Positions 27,951 to 37,867 of a stretch of DNA of 64,000 bases are shown piece by piece (the stretch's first letter is position 1; every line of letters begins with the position of its first letter). The stretch covers positions 35,435 to 99,434 of the forward strand of contig CAZRJG010000001.1 in assembly GCA_964600365.1 (NCBI GenBank). The letters are read 5' to 3'. The translations under genes were made by a program, and so were the position numbers. The notes below the pieces were generated by a model. The model had not been told where the DNA came from, made no database searches, and was given only the letters and a program-made list of their open reading frames with translations. Source of the stretch: an uncultured Acidimicrobiia bacterium. Its GTDB lineage: Bacteria; Actinomycetota; Acidimicrobiia; Spongiisociales; JAENVV01.

Positions 27951-28862
27951 CTAGGTCTTGGAGACCTGCCGCCACGGTGCAATCCACGCCTCGGCAGATC
28001 GGGTCCCTTGGACCATGATCAAGGCGAAGATCGCAAGACTTACGAGCGCTGCGTATGTGAGCGCTCCGTTGAAGCCGCGCGCCGAGCGGAAGACGAGCCA
28101 TCCAAGGCCGCCATCCTTCGATGCGCCGGTGAGGAACTCGGCGATCACGACCCCGACGAGGCCACGGCTCAGACCGAGTTGGATGCCGGAGACGACGAAC
28201 GGGAGCGTGTACGGGAGAACGACCTTCCGATAGATCTGTGCCTTGTTGGCCCCGAACACCTTCGCCGCGTTGATGAGGGACTGCTCCGTTGTCTTCACAC
28301 CGGCCCACGTGTTGATGATCACCGGGAATATCGCCGTGAGGATCACGAGCGCGTACTTGATGGAGTCACCGAGTCCCAGGAACAGGATGAGCACGGGGAA
28401 GATGGCGATACGGGGGAGGGACGAGAGCGTCCACACGTAGGGGCTGAAGATCGCGTCCATCCACTTGCTGCCACCCATGAGGAGGCCGATGGGGATCCCG
28501 ATCACGACTGCGATGAGCAAGCCAATCGCATACACCTCGACCGTGACCCAGAAGTTCTTCGCGATCACGAAGTTCTGGAGGAGGTCGTAGGTCGCGTTCG
28601 TCGTGTCCAGACTCCCGCCGATCCATCCGATCTTGAGCGCGTTCAGCATGCTCGAGAACTTCGGGAAGAAGGCCTCGTTGTCGTACCAGGTGCCGAACCA
28701 CTCCCAGATGAAGGAGAAGACCGTGAGGTTGATGAGCGTGACGACGGCGTAGCGAGACTTCCGCCAAATACGCTCCGGCGTCCACGCGGCATCTTGGAGA
28801 CGCGGCGCGGACGTGATGTCGTCCTCGGTGGCCCGGCCCTTCGACTCGACCTGGTCACTCAT
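27951..28862 (-). CDS. ABC transporter permease (NitT/TauT family)
   Basis: ATG 28862 (ATGA overlap with ATPase stop). Six TM helices. EAA-like loop. Confidence 0.85.
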   Translation of the reverse strand: MSDQVESKGRATEDDITSAPRLQDAAWTPERIWRKSRYAVVTLINLTVFSFIWEWFGTWYDNEAFFPKFSSMLNALKIGWIGGSLDTTNATYDLLQNFVIAKNFWVTVEVYAIGLLIAVVIGIPIGLLMGGSKWMDAIFSPYVWTLSSLPRIAIFPVLILFLGLGDSIKYALVILTAIFPVIINTWAGVKTTEQSLINAAKVFGANKAQIYRKVVLPYTLPFVVSGIQLGLSRGLVGVVIAEFLTGASKDGGLGWLVFRSARGFNGALTYAALVSLAIFALIMVQGTRSAEAWIAPWRQVSKT

Positions 28863-29707
28863 TCGATCTCCTCCGTCTTCGCTCCCAGCGCTTCGTCCTT
28901 GACGAGGTCCCACAGCCTCTGTCGCAGCGGGGCGTAGTTGGGGTGCTGTGTGATCTCACCCTCGGCGAGCCGCGGGCGTTCGATGTCGACCTCGAGCACC
29001 TCGCGCACGGTGCCCGGCCGATGCGAGATCACGGCGATCCGGTCACCAAGGCTGATGGCCTCGTCGATGGAGTGCGTGATGAAGATCACGGTCTGACCCG
29101 AGTCCATGACGAGCTTCTCGAGTTGCCCCTGGAGGACCTCGCGGGTCATTGCATCCAGGGCGCCGAACGGCTCATCGGCGAGGAGGAGCTTCGGCTGCGT
29201 GACCATCGCCCTCGCAATGCCGACCCGCTGGCGCATGCCGCCGGAGAGCTCGTGGGGATACGACCGCTCGAATCCCTCGAGGCCGACGTTGCGGATCACC
29301 TGGTGCACCTGCTCCTCGATCTCCTTGTCGGAGAAGGAGTGGTCGATGAACTCGAACGGCATCGCGACGTTCTTGGCCACGGTCCGCCACGGCATGAGGG
29401 CGTAGTCCTGGAAGACCATGGCCCGGTCCTTGGAGGTGCCCTTTATCGGCTTCCCCTCGTAGGTCATCTTGCCTTCCCAGGGCGACAAGAGCCCTGCGAC
29501 GGCGTTGATGAACGTCGTCTTGCCGCACCCCGAGGGGCCAACGAGCACCATGAACTCCCCCTCGTGGATGGTGAGGTTGATGTTCGTGAGGGCGGTGAGA
29601 AGTTGGCGCTGCTGCTCCAACTCGTACCCCACGGTGACGTTCTCAGCAACGACGAGGGGCCTGCCATGTCCCAGTGGGGAGTGCGAGGTCGCTTCCGTGG
29701 ATGTCAT
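28859..29707 (-). CDS. ABC transporter ATP-binding protein (NitT/TauT family)
   Basis: ATG 29707. Walker A GPSGCGKTT, signature LSGGMRQR, Walker B LLLADEP. Confidence 0.85.
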   Translation of the reverse strand: MTSTEATSHSPLGHGRPLVVAENVTVGYELEQQRQLLTALTNINLTIHEGEFMVLVGPSGCGKTTFINAVAGLLSPWEGKMTYEGKPIKGTSKDRAMVFQDYALMPWRTVAKNVAMPFEFIDHSFSDKEIEEQVHQVIRNVGLEGFERSYPHELSGGMRQRVGIARAMVTQPKLLLADEPFGALDAMTREVLQGQLEKLVMDSGQTVIFITHSIDEAISLGDRIAVISHRPGTVREVLEVDIERPRLAEGEITQHPNYAPLRQRLWDLVKDEALGAKTEEIE

Positions 29708-29724
29708 GATCCTCAGTTCCGGGG

Positions 29725-29738
29725 CGCAATCGTTTGTA
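29725..29738. promoter_or_regulatory. LacI-family operator-like site (CGCAATCGTTTGTA)
   Basis: 18 nt upstream of the ABC ATPase start. Confidence 0.5.
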
Positions 29739-29750
29739 CGAGAGCGGACG

Positions 29751-30665
29751 CTACCCGTTCGAAGCGAAGGTTTCAACTCCTGCGGGAGGTCCCTCACCCA
29801 CCGGCACCAGCACGAGCGTGTCGCCCGCCGTTGCCGCCGATCTGCCCTCCATCTCCTCCATCGGAACGGGCCGCGAGGAGAGGAGCGGCGGGATCCCATG
29901 GGTCCCCGCGAAGCGGAGCGCAGCGTTCCGCTCCGCCGCCCCGGGGCGGATCGGACGTGCCACGGTCACCCCCGCGGGCACCTCCAGCCGGGGCGAGTCG
30001 CCGCCGAGCAGGACAAGGTCACTCCGGGTCGCCCTTCCTCGGAGGCCCTCGGAGATCGTCTGCCCGTCGCCGGTTGCATCCACGATCAGTGGGGCTCCTC
30101 TCCCCTCCGTGACGTCGAGCGTCGCATCGGAGAACCGTGGGAAGGTGCGCGAGTCCACGGCGACCGAAGCCCCGGCAGATCCAGCCGCCGCACGACGACC
30201 CTCATCGGACCCGACGACGATGACCTGCCACCCGAGGGATGCGAGCACATGCGTCGCCGCGAGCCCCTCCTCGGAATCGACCCCAACGACCACCGCCGTG
30301 GGTCTGCGGGCAAGCTCGTACCTCTCGATGGCAGCCACGGGGGCGGCCAGCAGCCTCGCTGCAGCCAGCGCCTCGGCATCGGCGAGCGTGCTCGGCACGG
30401 CGCTCACGTCCTGGCGGTCGGCCACCACGGCTTCGGCGGTCAGGCCATCCACGTCCCGCCCGCGCCTCTTCGCGTCCGCGCAGGCACCGTCTGCGCCTGC
30501 GCGGCAGCGCACACACCGCCTGCACGGACGGGTCGGGTGCACGAGGACCCGTAACCCGCTCGCCAGCGAGCCCGAGCCCTCCCCGATCTCTCCGACGCAC
30601 ATCTCGCCTACCACCCGGCCCTCCGATGTGTCGCCCATGAGTGTCACCGCCGGCGCAACGAGCAC
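29751..30665 (-). CDS. medium-chain dehydrogenase/reductase (zinc-ADH-like) family protein, start uncertain
   Basis: Structural-zinc-like CRRCVRCRAGADGAC and a Rossmann region. In-frame upstream sequence DARPIQGATLQVLVRRDDRFTLEEREAPTRRSGQVLV resembles an ADH N-terminus, but only GTG or CTG starts are available. Confidence 0.6.
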   Translation of the reverse strand: MLVAPAVTLMGDTSEGRVVGEMCVGEIGEGSGSLASGLRVLVHPTRPCRRCVRCRAGADGACADAKRRGRDVDGLTAEAVVADRQDVSAVPSTLADAEALAAARLLAAPVAAIERYELARRPTAVVVGVDSEEGLAATHVLASLGWQVIVVGSDEGRRAAAGSAGASVAVDSRTFPRFSDATLDVTEGRGAPLIVDATGDGQTISEGLRGRATRSDLVLLGGDSPRLEVPAGVTVARPIRPGAAERNAALRFAGTHGIPPLLSSRPVPMEEMEGRSAATAGDTLVLVPVGEGPPAGVETFASNG

Positions 30666-30823
30666 CTGCCCGGACCGCCGCGTGGGCGCTTCACGCTCCT
30701 CGAGCGTGAAGCGATCGTCTCGTCGGACAAGGACCTGCAGGGTCGCTCCTTGGATGGGGCGAGCATCCTATGGCCGGAGGATCGGGCCGTACACTCCCCC
30801 GCCACCCGACCGAGGAGGAGACG

Positions 30824-31885
30824 ATGCCGGACCCCCGCATCGAGGCAGCAATCGATCACTGGGCCCCCCGCTACGTGGAGCACGGGGTCCCCGTCGGCGA
30901 CTTCCTCGACATCACCCGCACACTCGATTCGTGGGACGACTGGTGCGCGGCCTGGGCCGAGGCCGCCCGCCGCCACGAGGAACTCGGCGACGAAGCACTG
31001 GCAGCCGGGCACCGCCGATCGGCAGCGCTCCACTACCTCACCGCCTCCGTGGAGTACCACTTCGGCAAGTTCCTCTTCTGTCACGACGTCGCCCAGATGC
31101 GCGCCACGCACGAGTTGGCGGTCGCGGCCCACCGCAAGGCCCATTCCCTCGCCGATCCCCCCATCGAGCGCATCGAGTTCCCGTACGGGAACCACACGCT
31201 GGTGGGGAACCTCCGCGTGCCCGACGCCGAAGGGCCCGTGCCGGTCGTGCTCATGATCCCTGGCCTCGACTCGGCGAAGGAAGAGCTCACCGGGATCGAG
31301 CACTGGTTCCTCGACCGAGGAATGGCAACGTTCTCGATCGATGGCCCGGGACAGGGCGAGGCGGAGTACGACCTCCCCATCGAGACCGCCTACGAGAAGC
31401 CCGCAGCCGCCGCGATCGACGCCCTCGGAGGCCGGTCCGAACTCGATCTCGATCGCCTCGGAGCCCTCGGGGTGAGCCTCGGCGGCTACTACGTGGCGAG
31501 GGCCACCGCCTTCGAGCCGCGCATCAAGGCGATGATCTCGCTCTCGGGACCGTTCCGCATCAACGACACCATCGACCAGACCCCGCCGATGACGCAGATG
31601 GCGTTCCAGGTGAGGACCCACTCCCCCGACTTCGACGCCGCCAAGACCCACCTCGAGACGATGGATCTCACGGGGGTCGCAGAGCGGATCACCCAGCCAT
31701 CGTTCATCGTCACCGGGGCCAACGACCGGATCGTGCCCGCCGACCAGACACGCCGCATAGCGGCTGCGATCCAGGGGCCGACCGAGGTGCACATCATCGC
31801 GGATGCGAACCACGTGGCGACGAACAAGGCCTACGAGTACCGCCCGAAGATGGCCGATTGGATGGCTGCCCAACTCGGGGCGTAG
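30824..31885 (+). CDS. alpha/beta hydrolase (DUF1100/FrsA/DHPON-hydrolase-like family), paralog 1 of 3
   Basis: GAGGAGGAG Shine-Dalgarno sequence then ATG 30824. GVSLGG nucleophile elbow. N-terminal helical lid. Confidence 0.75.
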   Translation: MPDPRIEAAIDHWAPRYVEHGVPVGDFLDITRTLDSWDDWCAAWAEAARRHEELGDEALAAGHRRSAALHYLTASVEYHFGKFLFCHDVAQMRATHELAVAAHRKAHSLADPPIERIEFPYGNHTLVGNLRVPDAEGPVPVVLMIPGLDSAKEELTGIEHWFLDRGMATFSIDGPGQGEAEYDLPIETAYEKPAAAAIDALGGRSELDLDRLGALGVSLGGYYVARATAFEPRIKAMISLSGPFRINDTIDQTPPMTQMAFQVRTHSPDFDAAKTHLETMDLTGVAERITQPSFIVTGANDRIVPADQTRRIAAAIQGPTEVHIIADANHVATNKAYEYRPKMADWMAAQLGA

Positions 31886-32107
31886 CTGCGGGCGTCGTGG
31901 AGGCCGTGGGGCCCCCGTTGTGTGGAGCGGCGGCAGGCCGCCACTCGTGATGTGGGCTCGGCTTCGCCTCGCCGTTCGGTAGGGCAGCTTCGCTGCCCGT
32001 AGTCGGTCAACTGACAACGGCGCCCACGGGGCGCCACATCACGGGCGGCCGAGCTGCCCCACAGCACGTCGGCCGGAGGCCGACACACACCGATGGCCGC
32101 CAGGCCA

Positions 32108-32947
32108 TCACTGCTCGACCGGCATCCCCACCATGCTTCCCCACTCGGTCCATGAGCCGTCGTAGACGCGCACGTCCTTGCGGTCGGAGAGCCGGGTGAG
32201 GGCGAACCACCCGAGCGACGCCCGGTGGGAGAGACGGCAATAGGTGACGACGTCTTTCCCGGGGGTCGCGCCCCGGGCGGCGAAGGCTGCCTCCAACCCC
32301 TCCGGGGGAAGGAACGTCCCGTCCTCGGCGAGCAGGTCCTCGTGCGGAAGGTGCTGGGCGCCGGGGATGTGACCCCGTGCCTCGGCACCGTGGTCGAACG
32401 GAGCGGAGGACGGCGCCACCCGCTCGCCTCGGAACTCCTCCCCCGAGCGAAGGTCGATGAGCGCCCTCCGGGGATCGCCGAGATGACCAAGGACCTCATC
32501 CCTTCCAACCGATGACGTCCTGTCCTCGGCACCGGTGGTGACGAGTCCCGGGACCGGGGTCGGAGGATCGTCATGGGTGAGCACACGTCCCTGATGCATC
32601 CACGCGCGGTGACCTCCATCGAGGACCGTCACACGCTCCTCGAGTCCCGCCATCGTCGCCATCCAGTAGGCGTACGTCGCGAACTGGATGGTGTCACCGA
32701 TGAGCACCACCGTCGAGTCGTCGGTTGCGCCGTATCCGCCGAGCCGCTGCGCCATCGTCTGCGGCGAGGCAAACCGACGGGCAGGGACCTCCCAACAGAA
32801 CGACTTCCAGTGGACGTAGTGGGAGCCGGGGATGTGACCTTCGAACCAGGCCGCCTTGTCCGGGGTGTAGAAGGAGATGTCGAGGAGCACGAGGGAGGGG
32901 TCCCCAAGGCGCGACTCGAGCCAGTCGGGCGAAACGAGCGGCCCCAT
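32108..32947 (-). CDS. sseA: thiosulfate/3-mercaptopyruvate sulfurtransferase (tandem rhodanese)
   Basis: ATG 32947. Two rhodanese domains. Active-site CRLSHRAS. Confidence 0.8.
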   Translation of the reverse strand: MGPLVSPDWLESRLGDPSLVLLDISFYTPDKAAWFEGHIPGSHYVHWKSFCWEVPARRFASPQTMAQRLGGYGATDDSTVVLIGDTIQFATYAYWMATMAGLEERVTVLDGGHRAWMHQGRVLTHDDPPTPVPGLVTTGAEDRTSSVGRDEVLGHLGDPRRALIDLRSGEEFRGERVAPSSAPFDHGAEARGHIPGAQHLPHEDLLAEDGTFLPPEGLEAAFAARGATPGKDVVTYCRLSHRASLGWFALTRLSDRKDVRVYDGSWTEWGSMVGMPVEQ

Positions 32948-33345
32948 CAGTCCGAGACGACGAAGGCGAAGTTGATCGTCGGGGGACGCTCGAGGGTGTT
33001 GTGGATCTTGCAGCGTCCTGCCACCCGCTCGAGCGTCTTCCGCTGCTTCTCGGTGGCGTCGGTTCCGAGCTCCATGCGGATGTCGATGGTGCCGATCCGC
33101 TCGGGATGCTCGAGGGGCGTGTCCTCGAGGTGCATCGACACGTCCGTGACCTCGATCCCCTGGTTCCTCGCGAACGTGAGCATCGTGCCGATCATGCACG
33201 CGCCGAGTCCGCCGAGCAGGAGCTCGGACGGTCGCCAGCCATCACCCGGCCCCCCAGCTTCAAGAGTGTCGTCCACGATGATCTCGTTCCCGCGGGCGCG
33301 GATCGCCATCCGGCGCCATTCGATCTGCTCAATGTCGACCTGCAT
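32947..33345 (-). CDS. OsmC family protein
   Basis: 132 aa with an OsmC-like fold. One-nucleotide overlap with sseA. Confidence 0.7.
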   Translation of the reverse strand: MQVDIEQIEWRRMAIRARGNEIIVDDTLEAGGPGDGWRPSELLLGGLGACMIGTMLTFARNQGIEVTDVSMHLEDTPLEHPERIGTIDIRMELGTDATEKQRKTLERVAGRCKIHNTLERPPTINFAFVVSD

Positions 33346-33392
33346 CGGTCCTCCTTGGTCTCGTCACACGGAAACCTACCCGACCCCCGACA

Positions 33393-33406
33393 TGCAATCG
33401 ATTGCC
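33393..33406. promoter_or_regulatory. LacI-family operator-like site (TGCAATCGATTGCC)
   Basis: Divergent region between the OsmC-like gene (33345) and the ADH gene (33437). Confidence 0.5.
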
Positions 33407-33436
33407 CGGCTCGAGGAGCCCGAATACGCTCCCCCC

Positions 33437-34471
33437 ATGTCCACCATGCGCGCCATGCTCCTCGAGGAGGCCGGAGGGCCCCTCGTGCTCCGAGAGATCC
33501 CCATCCCCGCACCCGGGCCCGGCGAGGCGCTCCTTCGTGTCCGCGCCTGCGCCGTCGACCGGTTCGACCTCGCCATCCGCGCAGGGGTACGAGAACGCGC
33601 CGCAACCCTTCCCCACATCCTCGGTCACGAGATCGCTGGCGAGGTCGCCGCCCTCGGCCCCAACACCAACGGGCTCGCGGTCGGCACGCGCGTCGCGTCC
33701 ACGCTCTACCTCGTGTGCGGCACCTGTCGCTGGTGCCTGCGCGGTCGCGAGACGATTTGCGAGCGATTCGCCGGCCACGTGGGCGTGAACTCGCCCGGCG
33801 GCTACGCCGAGTACCTCGTCCTCCCCCTCCGTAACCTCGTGCCGATCCCCGACTCGATCGGCTTCCCCGCAGCGTCGATCCTCGCCAATGCGATCGGCAC
33901 GCCATTCCACGCGCTGACGGCTCGAATGGGCCTCATCGCCGGTGAGCGGTTCGTGGTCACGGGTGGCGGCGGCGGGGTGGGGCTCCACGCCATCCAGATC
34001 GCACGCACGCTCGGGGCCTCCGTGATGGGGGTCGACCTCGGCCAGGAGAAGGCGGCTGCGATGCGGGCGAACGGCGCCGAAGTCGTAGTGGACCCCACCA
34101 CAGAGAACCTCGGGGCCGCGATCCGCGGATGGACCGGCGGGCGCGGCGCCGATGCCGTGCTCGAGCTGGTGGGACCGGCAACCATGCCCCACACCCTCAG
34201 CGCCCTCGCAAAGGGAGGGCGAATGGTCATCGTCGGGTCGCACACCGGAAAGCAGTGGGAGATCGACCCGGGCGACATCTACCGCAACGAGTGGGAGATC
34301 CGCGGCTCGCGGAACGTCTCCGCCGATGAGCTCGCAACCGTCGTCGATCTCGTCGCATCGGGGCGGATCACGCCGATCATCGACCGGGTGCGCCCGCTCT
34401 CGGACGCCGAGGCGCTCCAAGACCGGGTTCGCGAGGGGGTCGTCATCGGGCGGGACGTGCTGGAGCCCTGA
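33437..34471 (+). CDS. zinc-dependent alcohol dehydrogenase (MDR family)
   Basis: ATG 33437. GHEIAGEV catalytic zinc motif. Structural zinc site CGTCRWCLRGRETIC. GGGGGVG Rossmann fold. Confidence 0.85.
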   Translation: MSTMRAMLLEEAGGPLVLREIPIPAPGPGEALLRVRACAVDRFDLAIRAGVRERAATLPHILGHEIAGEVAALGPNTNGLAVGTRVASTLYLVCGTCRWCLRGRETICERFAGHVGVNSPGGYAEYLVLPLRNLVPIPDSIGFPAASILANAIGTPFHALTARMGLIAGERFVVTGGGGGVGLHAIQIARTLGASVMGVDLGQEKAAAMRANGAEVVVDPTTENLGAAIRGWTGGRGADAVLELVGPATMPHTLSALAKGGRMVIVGSHTGKQWEIDPGDIYRNEWEIRGSRNVSADELATVVDLVASGRITPIIDRVRPLSDAEALQDRVREGVVIGRDVLEP

Positions 34472-34640
34472 CGGGCTGCGATCGGTCGTCAGCGATCAGC
34501 TGTCAGCTCCCGCCCCCTCGACACCTCGTCGACCGGCGGTCTCGTGGGGTGTTGGCCTGCGGCCAACGTCCTGTGGGCGACCTGGCGGTCGCCGTTGTCA
34601 GCCGTCCGGGGCCGCAGTAGCACGAGCGGGGACCCCGGAC

Positions 34641-34654
34641 CACAATCGATTGCA
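34641..34654. promoter_or_regulatory. LacI-family operator-like site (CACAATCGATTGCA)
   Basis: 33 nt upstream of ATG 34687. Structured 216-bp leader upstream. Confidence 0.5.
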
Positions 34655-34686
34655 GGATCTTGGTTTCGCCGTCTAGAGTGGGCTCC

Positions 34687-35658
34687 ATGACACGCCATGT
34701 CGCAGTGCTCGGGTTGCGCTATCCCGACCTCTCGGTAGAGGAAGCCGCCGTCGACGGGATGGACGTGCAGGTCTCCTCCGGCATGGGTGCGGACGCCGAG
34801 GAGATCTTCGCCCTTGCCGGTGATGCGGACGTGATCATCGCCGGCTCCCTTCCGAAGTTCACCGCCGACGTGATCCAGCGCCTCCCCGCCCGCGCCATCG
34901 TCCGGGCGGGCATCGGGGTCGACAACATCGACCTCGGAGCGGCCGAGGCGAAAGGCTCCCTCTGGGTCTCCTACGTACCCGACTACGGCACGGAGGCGGT
35001 CGCGCAGCACACCCTTGCCCTCGCCCTCGCTGCGACGAGACGCCTCGTGGAGGCCGACTCGGTCGTCCGCACCGGCAACTGGGGATTCGGCGACCTCCGG
35101 CCGCTCCGCCTCCCCTCGTCCCTCACCGCCGGCGTCCTCGGCTTCGGTCGTATCGGCCGCAGAGTCGGCGAACTCGCAGCAGCGGTTGGGTTCGGGCGGA
35201 TCCTCGTCCACGATCCCTACGCGACCGTCGACGGGGTCGAGCGCACCGAGGCGGCCGACATGGCCGCGGTCCTCGCCGAGGCCGACGTGCTCTTCCTCCA
35301 CGCGCCCGCCCCCAGCGACGGCTCGCCACTCATCGGGGCACCGGAGCTCGCCGCGATGAAGCCCGACAGCGTGATCGTCAACACCTCCCGGGGTGCGCTC
35401 ATCGACAGCAGTGCGCTCGTCGCAGCGATGCAGCGTGGCGCTCCACGCGTCGCCGCCCTCGACGTCTTCTCCCCCGAGCCGCCGGAACTCGCCGCCCTCG
35501 CGCCGGTCCTCGATCGCTGCATCCTGTCGCCCCACATGGCCTGGTACACGGAGGAGAGCCAGCGAGCACTCCGCGAGAGCGCAGCGAGTGATGCCGCCCG
35601 GATCCTCCGGGGCGAGGCGCCCACCCACCCACTGGTCACGCCCAAGGAGCCCATATGA
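34687..35658 (+). CDS. D-isomer-specific 2-hydroxyacid dehydrogenase (PGDH/CtBP-like)
   Basis: GFGRIGRRVG NAD-binding fold. Catalytic R/E/H context (SPHMAWYT). Confidence 0.8.
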   Translation: MTRHVAVLGLRYPDLSVEEAAVDGMDVQVSSGMGADAEEIFALAGDADVIIAGSLPKFTADVIQRLPARAIVRAGIGVDNIDLGAAEAKGSLWVSYVPDYGTEAVAQHTLALALAATRRLVEADSVVRTGNWGFGDLRPLRLPSSLTAGVLGFGRIGRRVGELAAAVGFGRILVHDPYATVDGVERTEAADMAAVLAEADVLFLHAPAPSDGSPLIGAPELAAMKPDSVIVNTSRGALIDSSALVAAMQRGAPRVAALDVFSPEPPELAALAPVLDRCILSPHMAWYTEESQRALRESAASDAARILRGEAPTHPLVTPKEPI

Positions 35659-36413
35659 GTCGCAACATCGTCCATCTGACCCGAGACGAGGTCGCCGAGC
35701 AGATCGCAAGGAACCCCGTCGCCGTGATGCCATTCGGGAGCATCGAGCAGCACGGGCCCCACTTCCCCAACGGGACCGACACCCTCGCGTCGGAGGTGAT
35801 CGCAGCCGAGGTCGCCGAGCGACTCGACGCCCTCTACGTCCCCTTCGGGCCCTACGGCGTCACCCCTATCCATGCCGGGCATCCGGGCACGATCGACCTC
35901 GGTCGGCCGGTGTTCGAGATGCTCCTCACGGCAATCGCCACCGAACTCATCGACATGGGTATCGAGCGCTTCGTCTGGGTCAACTGGCACGAAGGCAATA
36001 TCGCCTCGATGGACGGGGTCGCGATGGACCTCCAGGCGGCGAACCCAGGTGTCTATGTGATCACCAACCACGCCTGCTACACCGCGCAGCGGATCTACAA
36101 GGACGAGGGTGGCGAGCTCACCCACGGCGGGGGCATCGAGGCGATCGCCGTCATGGCCCATGATCCATCGCTCATGAAGATCGAACGGGCGGGCAACTCC
36201 ACCCGTCCCGACCACGCCATCGCAATGGACGAGATGCGCCGCAGCCACGAGACGCACGGCTACATCACCGACGTGTCGGAGATCGATGACGACGGCTGGT
36301 ACGGCGATCCACGGTGGGCCACCGCGGAGCTCGCAGCCGGCTTCGCCGATCGGGTCTCGACCGAGGTGGTCACGAAGGTCGAAGAGATCCTCACACTCCG
36401 GTCCAAGGGATGA
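35655..36413 (+). CDS. creatininase (creatinine amidohydrolase) family protein
   Basis: EQHGPHFPNGTD and HEGN motifs. 4-nt overlap with the upstream gene. Confidence 0.8.
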   Translation: MSRNIVHLTRDEVAEQIARNPVAVMPFGSIEQHGPHFPNGTDTLASEVIAAEVAERLDALYVPFGPYGVTPIHAGHPGTIDLGRPVFEMLLTAIATELIDMGIERFVWVNWHEGNIASMDGVAMDLQAANPGVYVITNHACYTAQRIYKDEGGELTHGGGIEAIAVMAHDPSLMKIERAGNSTRPDHAIAMDEMRRSHETHGYITDVSEIDDDGWYGDPRWATAELAAGFADRVSTEVVTKVEEILTLRSKG

Positions 36414-36772
36414 CCACCATCCCCGAGTCCGCCTTCGAGTTCGCCGACCTCCCGGGGAGGCGTTCGGCCAACCCATTGGCAGGGATCGAGAGCGAGGCGA
36501 GCCTCCGCATCGTCGAGCTCGCCCGCACGCGGGGCCGAACAGCGCATCGCCATCCCCACAGCGAGGAGATCGTCTACGTCGCCTCCGGCACGGGCACGGC
36601 GTGGATCGACGGCGCCGAGTTCGCACTCGCCCCGGGTTCGATCGTTCACATCCCGTCGGGGACACCCCACGCCACGATCCCGGACGAGGGAAGCGAGATG
36701 CGCCTCATCTGCTTCTTCCCCCATCCCGACCTGTCCGAGAACATCGAGGACACCGACGTCGTCCTCACCTGA
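36410..36772 (+). CDS. cupin domain protein
   Basis: ATG 36410 overlapping the creatininase stop. HRHPHSEEIVYVASG cupin motif. Confidence 0.7.
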   Translation: MTTIPESAFEFADLPGRRSANPLAGIESEASLRIVELARTRGRTAHRHPHSEEIVYVASGTGTAWIDGAEFALAPGSIVHIPSGTPHATIPDEGSEMRLICFFPHPDLSENIEDTDVVLT

Positions 36773-36796
36773 CTTCACCAACGAAAGGAACCACGA

Positions 36797-37855
36797 ATGA
36801 CCGACAAGGTACGTCTCGCTTCGGTGGGCCTCGGCCGATGGGCCCGAGTCCTCGCCCGGGGTGTCCAGCGCAGCGACAAGGTGGAGCTGTACTCGTGTTT
36901 CTCCCGCCGCGAGGAGAGCCGCAACGCGTTCATGGAGGAGTACGGCGTACCCCGGTCTTCCGCGACCTACGAGGAACTCCTCGCCGACCCCGATATCGAG
37001 GGTGTCATCATCACCACGCCGAACGACACCCACGAAACCGTCATCACCCAGGCCCTGGACGCGGGCAAGGCCGTCTACACCGACAAGCCGATCGCCCAGA
37101 CCCTCGCGGACGCCGCCGCGATCAAGAAGGCCGTCGACGCGAGCGGTCAGGTCTTCGCCGTGGGCCACAGTGCACGCCGCCTCTCCGGCAACCGCGTCAT
37201 GAAGCAGTGGATCGAGGACGGCACGCTCGGCGGGGTCTCCATGGTCGAGGCCAACTTCTCCAACGAGCGCGGCCTCGAGCTCACGCCGGAGACGTGGCGC
37301 TGGTACGCCGACAAGGCGCCCGGCGGCCCGCTCATCCAGCTGGGCGTCCACCACTTCGACAACCTGCAGTACCTCCTCGGCCCGGCGAAGGCCGTGTCGT
37401 CGGTGCACCGGAAGCTCTTCACCCCGTCCGAGGTGCCGGATGCCACCATCACGGTGATCGAGTTCGAGTCGGGCGCACTCGGGTACGTCGGCTGCGGTTG
37501 GGCCTCCCCCGGCATCTATCAGATCCGACTCCAGGGCACGAAGCAGAACCTCCAGTACGACCTCGACTTCACCCACTGGGACGAGTCCCATGAGGCCGAC
37601 GACTACTCGTCGCTCGTCTCGCAGGCCTACGGCCAGGTGGACCGCTCCCCCGTTGCCCTGCCCCGCACCGACATGTTCCGTGAGCAGCTCGAGGAGTTCG
37701 GCCTCGCCGCCCGCGGGCAGGCAACGGTCGAGGTGCAGGTCGATGACGCGATCCGCAACCTCGCCGTTGCCCACGCCGCGCTCGCGTCCAACGAACAGGG
37801 TGGCGCAATGCTCGAGGTGAAGCCGTTCCTCGAGGCCGCCGGCCTCCACCAGTAG
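36797..37855 (+). CDS. Gfo/Idh/MocA family oxidoreductase
   Basis: VRLASVGLGRWA N-terminal Rossmann fold. EKP-type motif (TDKPIA). Confidence 0.85.
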   Translation: MTDKVRLASVGLGRWARVLARGVQRSDKVELYSCFSRREESRNAFMEEYGVPRSSATYEELLADPDIEGVIITTPNDTHETVITQALDAGKAVYTDKPIAQTLADAAAIKKAVDASGQVFAVGHSARRLSGNRVMKQWIEDGTLGGVSMVEANFSNERGLELTPETWRWYADKAPGGPLIQLGVHHFDNLQYLLGPAKAVSSVHRKLFTPSEVPDATITVIEFESGALGYVGCGWASPGIYQIRLQGTKQNLQYDLDFTHWDESHEADDYSSLVSQAYGQVDRSPVALPRTDMFREQLEEFGLAARGQATVEVQVDDAIRNLAVAHAALASNEQGGAMLEVKPFLEAAGLHQ

Positions 37856-37867
37856 CGCACCAAGGGG

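Noticed and set aside
26731-29707. Thiamine/TPP or other riboswitch upstream of the NitT/TauT ABC operons
   Set aside because: The upstream spacers (29708-29750 and 54694-54717) are under 45 bp, too short for a riboswitch aptamer.
32573-33436. N-terminal extension of the ADH ORF (632 aa)
   Set aside because: The extension overlaps sseA and osmC on the other strand. The Zn-ADH N-terminus begins at ATG 33437.
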